From an uncultured Enterobacteriaceae bacterium (GTDB lineage: Bacteria; Pseudomonadota; Gammaproteobacteria; Pseudomonadales; Pseudohongiellaceae): a stretch of DNA of 64,000 nucleotides. The stretch spans positions 13,630 to 77,629 of the forward strand of contig CAZSHI010000007.1 of the NCBI GenBank assembly GCA_964606735.1. Direction: 5' to 3'. Positions 42,965-50,149 of this stretch are shown here, piece by piece. The notes under the pieces were generated by a model. That model saw only the letters and a program-made list of their open reading frames with translations. It did no database searches and was not told the origin of the DNA. Position numbers and translations under genes: made by a program. Every line of letters starts with the position of its first letter. Within the stretch, counting starts at the first letter, position 1.

Positions 42965-43354
42965 GTGAAAAAAAATTCACATGTAGCGGCTTTTATTCTA
43001 ATCATGCTGGGCAGCTACTCTTCTGTGCTCAGAGCCCATCATTCAACGGCCATGTTTGATTCCGATAATCCCATTGAGTTGGCAGGAACAATCGTCGAGT
43101 GGCAATACACAAACCCCCATACCTTCATTATCCTGAAGGTTGATGAGGATGGAGATGAAGTGGAATGGGCGCTGGAAGGGCGAAGTACCAGCGCCATTTA
43201 TCGCCTGGGTTGGACCCCGGAAAGCCTTCAGCCAGGCGATGAAATAATGGTTACCGTGCGACCTTTACACAGTGGAGCACCGGGTGGAAATTACAGCAAT
43301 ATTCGCTGGAAGGACGGTACCGAAATTGACCCCTATGCTCCAAGAACACAATAA
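42965..43354 (+). CDS. Small Sec-secreted protein with predicted mature N-terminus HHS (probably the family catalogued as DUF6152), copy 1.
   Basis: Signal peptide KKNSHVAAFILIMLGSYSSVLRA|HHS. NPHTF motif. About 105-aa mature domain, probably beta-rich. GTG start behind GGAGA. Confidence 0.75.
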   Translation: MKKNSHVAAFILIMLGSYSSVLRAHHSTAMFDSDNPIELAGTIVEWQYTNPHTFIILKVDEDGDEVEWALEGRSTSAIYRLGWTPESLQPGDEIMVTVRPLHSGAPGGNYSNIRWKDGTEIDPYAPRTQ

Positions 43355-43364
43355 CCCTCTGGTA

Positions 43365-44240
43365 ATGAAGATGAAAGGTATAAAAATCTGGCGCAAGGTG
43401 TTTTCCCTGACAGTTGTGCTTCTTGGCCTGTGCCTGGTGACGGCATGCGCGCCGCAGAATGATCAAGTTAATGCAGCAGGGAATACAGCCTCTGCGAACA
43501 CCATGAGCTATCCGGACTGGCGCGGGCAATGGCAACGCGCCCCTGGCAGCCTGAACTGGCCTTCCGAGGGCTATGAGCAGGTCGGTCCTCCACCTCTTAC
43601 GGAAGAGTACATGGCGATCTGGCAGGGCTATACCGCTCTGCAGGAAGCGGGCATCCCTGCTGGTGATCCCCCATCAACCTGCCTGCCTCAGGGGATGCCG
43701 CGAATTATGAAAATGACTTACCCCATGGAAATCATTGTTACCCCTGAAATCACTTATATCTATGCCGAGTGGAACAGCCAGTTTCGGCGGATATACACTG
43801 ATGGTAGGGATTGGCCATCATATATACTGCCGGCATTTAATGGCTACTCGATTGGGCAATGGCATGATGAGAATAACGATGGAGTCTACGATATGCTGGC
43901 CATTGAAACTCGTGCCATGAAAGGGCCACGCTCCTATGATTCCCGTGCCGTTCCTTTGCATGAGAATAATGAGACAGTGGTTCTGGAAGAAATACGCCTG
44001 AGCGATGACATGACTATGGTAAATACCATCACCACCATCGATGATGCATTAACGGGCCCCTGGACTGTTGATCAGGTTTATCTGCGTGAACTGGACAATA
44101 TTGTCTGGGCTGAATATGCCTGCGCAGAAAATAATCTGCATTTAAAACTTGGGGATGAATGGTACTTTATTAACCAGGATGGCACGCTTTCCCCGACTCG
44201 GGAAGGACAGCCAGGTTTGGTACCAGAAGTACAGGATTAG
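43365..44240 (+). CDS. Uncharacterised lipoprotein (~290 aa).
   Basis: The internal ATG at 43365 gives MKMKGIKIWRKVFSLTVVLLGLCLVTAC, a lipobox signal. The track ORF start at 43272 would overlap the preceding gene by 83 nt. Confidence 0.7.
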   Translation: MKMKGIKIWRKVFSLTVVLLGLCLVTACAPQNDQVNAAGNTASANTMSYPDWRGQWQRAPGSLNWPSEGYEQVGPPPLTEEYMAIWQGYTALQEAGIPAGDPPSTCLPQGMPRIMKMTYPMEIIVTPEITYIYAEWNSQFRRIYTDGRDWPSYILPAFNGYSIGQWHDENNDGVYDMLAIETRAMKGPRSYDSRAVPLHENNETVVLEEIRLSDDMTMVNTITTIDDALTGPWTVDQVYLRELDNIVWAEYACAENNLHLKLGDEWYFINQDGTLSPTREGQPGLVPEVQD

Positions 44241-44415
44241 CAATAAGCATCCAGAAAAGATTTATGAGCGCTAACTATCCAAATTGGAAATCAACTAGCT
44301 AGCATTAAATTGGTATTTTCAGATTCGCCTACAGCTACAAGGAAAATGTGCTATTAATAAATCAGAAGCCCGTGAAGAAGATAAGAATTCGAAAAAAATA
44401 AAAGCTGCTTTTGAG

Positions 44416-45081
44416 TTGATAGTATTTGTTGCTTTAGTACTGGGTTCAAAGGAATTCATGGATCCTTATTTTGGCGCCTATGCAGGGCCTGCATCATTAA
44501 TAATAACTCTTGTAATTTTAACCATATATATCCGTCAAGCGGGGCAATCCTGGAGCTCAATGGGCTTGCGTAATTTGCCTGGCCTAAATGCAAAATTTCT
44601 GGTCTTACCCCAAGCATTTGCAATATTCGTAACTGTATTAGCGATTATCGTCATTCTCACAAGAGCATTAGAAGTTGTAGGGTTTACTTTTATGTCAGAA
44701 CCCATTGAGGGTGAAACAGAGCGCTGGGGAGACATCCAAGGAAATTTTCAGTTGTATCTGGTATTAATCGCTTTGTCATGGGTGAGTGCCGGTTTTGGTG
44801 AGGAGATGTTTTTTCGAGGTTTCCTTGTTACTCGATTGAAAACTGTTTTTAGTGATATTTATTTTTCGTCAACTGTATCAGTTTTACTTGCGGCTCTAAT
44901 ATTTGGTTACGTGCACATCTATTACCAGGGGTTGACGGGCTTTGTAAATGCAGGAGTAATCGGGATAATTTTCGGGACTTATTTTCTGCTATATAGAAAC
45001 AACCTTTGGCCGCTTGTAATAGCTCACGGCTTTATCAATTCCCTAGGATTTACATCTGAGTTCATGGGTTGGGGTCTATAA
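44416..45081 (+). CDS. CPBP-family (CAAX/Abi) intramembrane glutamic endopeptidase.
   Basis: Motifs EEMFFRG, FGYVH and HGFINS in hydrophobic helices. TTG start. Visibly AT-richer than the flanking DNA. Confidence 0.8.
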   Translation: MIVFVALVLGSKEFMDPYFGAYAGPASLIITLVILTIYIRQAGQSWSSMGLRNLPGLNAKFLVLPQAFAIFVTVLAIIVILTRALEVVGFTFMSEPIEGETERWGDIQGNFQLYLVLIALSWVSAGFGEEMFFRGFLVTRLKTVFSDIYFSSTVSVLLAALIFGYVHIYYQGLTGFVNAGVIGIIFGTYFLLYRNNLWPLVIAHGFINSLGFTSEFMGWGL

Positions 45082-45280
45082 CAATACTATAGCCAGAAAT
45101 GTCGGTTATTAATCGATACTGTGAGCATGGGTCCAGAAGCTTACAGGCTATTAGTGATTAAATTGCTCGAAAAAGAGTGATGAATATTAGTCATTCTGCG
45201 ATAGGTGTGGAAATGACAAGCTCAGTAATGTCTGTGCATAACTATCACTGAATCGATTTGTCTGAAGTGAAAATTATCAG

Positions 45281-45340
45281 ATCAAGCTTGCACTTTATTT
45301 CCATCATTAGTTAAGAATTTGTTAAGAATTCAAGCTTGAT
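45281..45340. repeat. Composite repeat: inverted ATCAAGCTTG / CAAGCTTGAT arms enclosing a tandem GTTAAGAATT-T-GTTAAGAATT.
   Basis: Read directly. Arms are at 45281-45290 and 45331-45340. The tandem copies are at 45310-45319 and 45321-45330. The element ends 35 nt upstream of the 45376 ATG. Confidence 0.8.
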
Positions 45341-45375
45341 AATAGGCTAACCAAACGTCATAAAGGAGATTGGTT

Positions 45376-45780
45376 ATGCAACCCAGCAAACGAAATTCAT
45401 TCACAGCCATCATGTTGTCAATGGGCATTAGTGTATTTGCCTCTGGAGCAGCCATTGCGCATCATTCATTCCCAGCTACCTATATTATGGATGACACGGA
45501 AACGATTGAGGGTGTCATGGTTCAGTTCCTGTTTCGTAACCCGCACTCATTTGTACATGTGATGGTGACGGATGAAGAGATAGGCGAAAATCATCGGTAC
45601 GCGGTTGAGTGGGGAGGTGCCAGTGCGCTGGCCGGCTCGGTTGACCGCTCCAGCCTGAAGCCTGGTGACAGGGTTCGCATCAGTGGTCAACCTGGACGAA
45701 ACCCCGATGATCATCGCCTACGTATGCAGAGTCTCGAAGTTGTGGATGGTGACTTTGTATGGAATGGCGACTTCGAGTAA
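45376..45780 (+). CDS. Small Sec-secreted protein with predicted mature N-terminus HHS (DUF6152-like), copy 2.
   Basis: AAGGAG (45363-45368) then ATG. Signal MQPSKRNSFTAIMLSMGISVFASGAAIA|HHS. NPHSF, VEW and LKPGD are shared with copy 1. Confidence 0.75.
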   Translation: MQPSKRNSFTAIMLSMGISVFASGAAIAHHSFPATYIMDDTETIEGVMVQFLFRNPHSFVHVMVTDEEIGENHRYAVEWGGASALAGSVDRSSLKPGDRVRISGQPGRNPDDHRLRMQSLEVVDGDFVWNGDFE

Positions 45781-45799
45781 TTAAACCTTTCGTTATTAT

Positions 45800-45838
45800 G
45801 CGTCAGAGTAGATTGAATCCCTACTCTGACGCTATTGT
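45800..45838 (+). terminator. Strong hairpin terminator after the second DUF6152-like gene.
   Basis: Perfect 12-bp stem GCGTCAGAGTAG-n9-CTACTCTGACGC followed by TATTGTT. Confidence 0.65.
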
Positions 45839-45998
45839 TAGATGCTTTAAACTTTCCTGATACCAGCTATTTAGCAGTATAGTAAACCTTCTTTACTGGG
45901 TGAGTTTGGGTCTCTTCTTGGTTGCCGTCAGCCCAGTTCTCCACTTGATCAATAATTTAAAGCTGGTTTGAATACACGAGCATAATTATAATTGCGCT

Positions 45999-46334
45999 GG
46001 TGAGTTGGCCAGACAATCGCTGTTTCTAACAGAGGAAAGTCCGGGCTCCACAGAGCGAGGTGCCAGGTAACCCCTGGGGGGCGTGAGCCTACGGAAAGTG
46101 CAGCAGAAAAGATACCGCCGGTTTACCGGTAAGGGTGAAATGGTGCGGTAAGAGCGCACCGCATGGGTGGCAACATTCCATGGCATGGTAAACCCCACCT
46201 GGAGCAAGGCCAAATAGGAACCTTTAGTGTTGCTCGCACTGGGTTCGGGTAGGCTGCAAGAGGGTCATGGCGACATGGCTCCCAGATGAATGATTGTCCA
46301 CGACAGAACCCGGCTTACAGGCCAACTCACTTTT
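45999..46334 (+). ncRNA. rnpB: RNase P RNA, bacterial type A.
   Basis: Near-identity to E. coli M1 conserved cores: GAGGAAAGTCCGGGCTCCA (46032-46050), GGTAAGGGTGAAA, GCGGTAAGAGCGCACCG, AGCAAGGCCAAATAGG and ACAGAACCCGGCTTA. The P1 helix pairs 46000-46010 with 46320-46330. TATAAT lies at 45987-45992. Confidence 0.95.
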
Positions 46335-46550
46335 TTCTGCAGCGGATGCAGTTCACGAAATCCTTTCCTGACCATTCGGGTCGCTTGCTAGCAGATCACG
46401 CTGCGTTTCTTAATAAATTACTTTAAGTTTTATGCATACCTAATTGTAAATTATGGTCTTTAACTTTTCCGTTGGCGGAAAAATGGGGACTTTTCCAGGT
46501 TTTCGCCGCATTTAGCTTCATTTTCTACACAAAATTATGCAAACAAGTGC

Positions 46551-46580
46551 TTGATTTACTTGTCAGAACTCCCTTATAGT
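46551..46580 (+). promoter_or_regulatory. Candidate dcw-cluster promoter (Pmra equivalent).
   Basis: TTGATT, 18-nt spacer, TATAGT. About 80 nt upstream of the mraZ GTG. Confidence 0.45.
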
Positions 46581-46599
46581 GCAAAAAAGTAGCAATAAA

Positions 46600-46628
46600 G
46601 TGGTTAAAAAGTGGGTTAATTGTGGGCT
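46600..46628 (+). promoter_or_regulatory. Candidate MraZ operator: three direct GTGG(G)-type repeats.
   Basis: GTGGTT (46600), GTGGGTT (46611) and GTGGGCT (46622), spaced exactly 11 bp apart between the predicted -10 and mraZ. Resembles the TGGGN direct repeats bound by E. coli MraZ. Confidence 0.5.
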
Positions 46629-46661
46629 TTCATGGTGAAAGACCCGGGTTGAGGTGAAGCT

Positions 46662-47120
46662 GTGCTATTTCGCGGATTACATTCAATTACCTTGGATGCG
46701 AAGGGTCGTATGGCGATGCCTGCCCGGTTTCGTGGAATTATCGATGAATTTTGCCAGGGCCAGTTGGTGGTTACTATCGATCAGGATGGTGAATCGCTGG
46801 TGATTTATCCACTGAACGAATTTGAAGCCATTGAGCGCAAGGTGGCTGCACTTTCCAGTTTTCATCCAGAATCTCGCCGCTTGAAAAACATATTTATCGG
46901 TCATGCTACTGAAGTGAATCTTGATGGTAGTGGCCGCATCCTGATTCCCCAGAATTTACGCCAGTTTGTTGGTCTGGATAAAAAGGTGGCGCTGGTCGGT
47001 CAGGGCAACAAACTCGCAGTCTGGAATGATGAGGTCTGGAATGAAACACGAGATGGCTGGCTGAAACATAAAGTGGAAGTTGACGATTTGCCGGATGAAT
47101 TAAAGAACCTCTCCTTGTAG
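46662..47120 (+). CDS. mraZ: Transcriptional regulator MraZ.
   Basis: 152 aa. Duplicated DxxxR motifs (DAKGR, DGSGR). GTG start behind GAGGTGA. Confidence 0.96.
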   Translation: MLFRGLHSITLDAKGRMAMPARFRGIIDEFCQGQLVVTIDQDGESLVIYPLNEFEAIERKVAALSSFHPESRRLKNIFIGHATEVNLDGSGRILIPQNLRQFVGLDKKVALVGQGNKLAVWNDEVWNETRDGWLKHKVEVDDLPDELKNLSL

Positions 47121-47130
47121 AGCAAGAGAA

Positions 47131-48060
47131 ATGAGTGGATTGCATCAGAGTGTACTGTTGGAGCAGGCCCTGGATGCATTGGTCAAGGATAAAGACGGTT
47201 TTTATATTGATGCCACCTTTGGGCGGGGTGGGCATAGCAGGAGAATACTGGAGAGCCTATCAGGTCAGGGGCGCTTACTGGTTATCGACAAAGACCCGGA
47301 GGCGATAGCCATTGCCAATGAGCTGGCAGCAAAGGATAAACGTGTCATTGTGCATCATGGCAGTTTTGCTGATGTGCAGGATGCGGTACAAGCCCTGAAG
47401 ATGCAGGGGCGTGTGGCAGGCGTATTGATGGATCTGGGGGTCTCATCACCCCAGCTTGATGATCCGCGCAGAGGGTTTAGTTTTATGAAAGACGGACCTT
47501 TGGATATGCGAATGAATACACAGGCCGGGGAATCTGCCGGAGATTGGCTGGCCAGGGCAGATGAAAAAAGTATTGCAGATGTTCTTTATCAGTTTGGGGA
47601 AGAGCGTTTTTCGCGACGAATTGCCAGAGCCATCGTCAAGCGCAGACAGGAAAGGACGATAACAAGAACCCTGGATCTGGCTGAGATTATAAAGCAGGCA
47701 CATCCCAAATGGGAAAAACACAAACATCCGGCAACACGGTCTTTTCAGGCGATCCGTATCTTTATTAACGATGAGCTGAAAGATCTTGAGCAGACCTTGC
47801 CGAAATTACTGGATGTTTTGATGCCGGGAGGACGTCTGGTTGTGATCAGTTTCCATTCACTGGAAGACAGGCTGGTGAAGCGTTTTATACAAAATGAAGA
47901 GAAGGGTGACAGCTACCCGGCAGATTTGCCGGTGACGCAAGATTTTCTTAACCCTCGCCTCAGGCACATTGGCAAAGCTCTCAAGGCTGAGGCGGATGAA
48001 CTGTCGGAAAATATCAGAGCGCGCAGTGCCGTTATGCGTGTTGCTGAAAAGGTTGCCTGA
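47131..48060 (+). CDS. rsmH: 16S rRNA (cytosine1402-N4)-methyltransferase RsmH.
   Basis: [10 protein letters not shown] and [10 protein letters not shown] motifs. Confidence 0.96.
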   Translation: MSGLHQSVLLEQALDALVKDKDGFYIDATFGRGGHSRRILESLSGQGRLLVIDKDPEAIAIANELAAKDKRVIVHHGSFADVQDAVQALKMQGRVAGVLMDLGVSSPQLDDPRRGFSFMKDGPLDMRMNTQAGESAGDWLARADEKSIADVLYQFGEERFSRRIARAIVKRRQERTITRTLDLAEIIKQAHPKWEKHKHPATRSFQAIRIFINDELKDLEQTLPKLLDVLMPGGRLVVISFHSLEDRLVKRFIQNEEKGDSYPADLPVTQDFLNPRLRHIGKALKAEADELSENIRARSAVMRVAEKVA

Positions 48061-48377
48061 TGCCTGTGTTTTCCCAAAAGCAGGAGGCAAACAGAAGAAG
48101 AACCAGGCCGGGGAGAGTCTGGTTCGGTTTTACAGTATTGCTCGGTGCGGTGGGCGTGTCTGCATTGAGCGTTGTTTATTCAACACACCAGAGTCGGCAT
48201 TTATTGAATGAATTGCAGGCGCTGGAAAATGAACGAAATGCCTTGCAGGTTGAATGGGGCCAGTTGCTGCTGGAGCAAAGCAGCCTGATCTCGCAGGGCA
48301 GGGTGGAGGATATTGCCAAAGCAGAACTCAACATGGTGATACCAGGTCGGGAAGACATTGTGGTAGTAAAAAGATGA
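48060..48377 (+). CDS. ftsL: Cell division protein FtsL.
   Basis: 105 aa, a single TM helix plus a leucine-zipper-like segment. ATG overlaps the rsmH stop. Confidence 0.88.
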   Translation: MPVFSQKQEANRRRTRPGRVWFGFTVLLGAVGVSALSVVYSTHQSRHLLNELQALENERNALQVEWGQLLLEQSSLISQGRVEDIAKAELNMVIPGREDIVVVKR

Positions 48378-50149
48378 GTGTGTCTCATATAGAAAAAATT
48401 CAGGCTTGGAGACTTTATTTTGTCTTCACTGTGATTTTTTCACTTATTGCTGTCACCGCCTGGAAAGTTTTTGACTTGCAGGTTATGAACAATGAAGTGC
48501 TGCAAAGGCAGGGAGATGCAAGGACTGTTCGTAATGATGTGATTGCTGCGCACCGCGGCAATATTCTGGATCGCAATGGTCAGCCGCTGGCGATCAGTAC
48601 GCCAGTACAGTCACTGGCAATCAATCCCAGGGAAATACTCTTGCACCCGGAGCAGTGGGACCAGTTTGCGCTGGCAGTCACAGCTATCGGGCTTAATCCT
48701 GATGTACTGCGCACACGCATCGAAGCCAACTCAAATCGTGAATTCCTGTTTCTCAAACGGCGTATTCCGCCGGCAGAAGCCGATCTGGTATTGCGTCATG
48801 ATTTTGATGGCGTTTGGGCCGAAGAGGAATACAAGCGTTTCTACCCCTTGGGTGAAGTGGCAGTTCATGTAGTAGGTCTGGCCAATAGTGATGAGGTTGG
48901 TCAGGAAGGTATTGAGCTGGCCTATGAAGACTGGTTGCAGGGCTCGCCGGGTTCCAGGCAGGTTCTCAAGGATCGCAATGGCGGCATTATCCGTGAAGTA
49001 AAAATCAATGAAGTGGCCCAGCCCGGCAATGACCTGATGCTGAGCATTGATTCGCAAATTCAGTTTTTGGCCTACAAGGCCCTCAAGGAAGAAGTGACCC
49101 GCCGTTATGCTACGGCAGGATCGGCTGTCGTGCTGGATGTGCAAAGTGGTGAAGTCCTGGCAATGGTCAATCAGCCTTCCTATAACCCGAACAACCGCAA
49201 CAGTCTGAGTGAGCAACTGGACGGTCTTAAAAACCGCGCAATTGCTGAATCGCTGGAACCAGGCTCCACTGCCAAGGCATTTACGATTACTGCGGCACTA
49301 GAAAGCGGACTATTTGATACGCAAAGCATTATCGATACCAGTCCCGGCTATATCCGGGTCGACAGTGCGACTATCCGTGATCCGGTCAATTATGGTGAAT
49401 CCAATTTGGAAAGAATTCTGACTAAATCATCTCAGGTCGGCGCCACCAAGCTGGCACTTGCCATGGGACAGGAGCCGATGCTGGATATGCTAAGGCGTGT
49501 AGGCTTGGGCCAGGCCCCGGGTACGGGTTTCCCGGGAGAATCTGCCGGACTGATTCCCGAACGTTCGCGCTGGAGCAAAACAGAAATAGCCACGCTTGCC
49601 TACGGTTATGGCTTTCAGGCTTCGCCCTTGCAGCTTGCCCAGGCTTACATGGTCTTCGCCAACGGGGGTGTTTATAAACCTATTTCTCTGTTGAAGATTG
49701 ACAGTCCGGATGAGGTTTCCGGTACCCGTGTGATCAGTGAAGAACTGGCTGCCACGGTGACCAGCATGATGGAAGCCGTGGTGGCACCCGGAGAAGGTGG
49801 TACCGGAACCCGAGCCTATATTCCAACACATCGTGTGGCTGGTAAAACGGGAACAGCCTGGTTCTACGATGTTCAAAATGGTGGTTATGATGAGGAGAAT
49901 TATATCTCGCTGTTTGCCGGTTTTGCGCCCGTAACCAATCCGAGAATTGTTACGGTTGTAACGATTCATGAGCCACAGGGAGAAGAGTACGGTGGCGGTC
50001 AGGTCGCTGCACCGGTATTTGCAGAAATTACTGCCGGCGCGTTGCGCATCCTGAATGTGCCGCCGGATCTGCTACCAGTCAGCAACGGCGAGCTAAGTGC
50101 CGCCAATAGCGATGCAGTTCGTGTCAGCATGTCGGAGACAGGGCGATGA
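48374..50149 (+). CDS. ftsI: Peptidoglycan D,D-transpeptidase FtsI (PBP3).
   Basis: Start set to the ATG at 48374 (ATGA overlap with ftsL). Contains STAK (SxxK), SSQ and KTGT motifs. Confidence 0.94.
   Translation: MSVSHIEKIQAWRLYFVFTVIFSLIAVTAWKVFDLQVMNNEVLQRQGDARTVRNDVIAAHRGNILDRNGQPLAISTPVQSLAINPREILLHPEQWDQFALAVTAIGLNPDVLRTRIEANSNREFLFLKRRIPPAEADLVLRHDFDGVWAEEEYKRFYPLGEVAVHVVGLANSDEVGQEGIELAYEDWLQGSPGSRQVLKDRNGGIIREVKINEVAQPGNDLMLSIDSQIQFLAYKALKEEVTRRYATAGSAVVLDVQSGEVLAMVNQPSYNPNNRNSLSEQLDGLKNRAIAESLEPGSTAKAFTITAALESGLFDTQSIIDTSPGYIRVDSATIRDPVNYGESNLERILTKSSQVGATKLALAMGQEPMLDMLRRVGLGQAPGTGFPGESAGLIPERSRWSKTEIATLAYGYGFQASPLQLAQAYMVFANGGVYKPISLLKIDSPDEVSGTRVISEELAATVTSMMEAVVAPGEGGTGTRAYIPTHRVAGKTGTAWFYDVQNGGYDEENYISLFAGFAPVTNPRIVTVVTIHEPQGEEYGGGQVAAPVFAEITAGALRILNVPPDLLPVSNGELSAANSDAVRVSMSETGR

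Noticed and set aside
42885-42968. 27-codon upstream ORF (MAQCVHIADSLDKLGKEYSRTDLETSQ) whose TGA overlaps the GTG start of the first HHS-protein gene (GTGA).
   Set aside because: The 4-nt stop/start overlap suggests a coupled leader peptide. However, no Shine-Dalgarno precedes its ATG and I cannot assess conservation. It is kept only as a note for anyone doing Ribo-seq.
45099-45251. Two tiny ORFs (20 and 23 codons) in the AT-rich spacer after the CPBP gene, considered as possible bacteriocin or peptide partners.
   Set aside because: They have no credible RBS, no double-glycine or other leader motif, and no hydrophobic or Cys-rich core. ORFs of this size are expected by chance in AT-rich DNA.
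45896-45910. CTGGGTGAGTTTGG, about 100 nt upstream of rnpB, resembles the rnpB 5' end (CTGGTGAGTTGG). It was considered as a duplicated attachment site marking island integration.
   Set aside because: Only about 13 nt match imperfectly, and similarity stops immediately afterwards. No matching copy lies at the rsmI side and no integrase is present. The left end of the block is translationally fused to rsmI, which argues against a simple site-specific insertion.
45986-46213. 75-aa minus-strand ORF.
   Set aside because: It lies inside the RNase P RNA gene, whose conserved cores are unmistakable on the plus strand.
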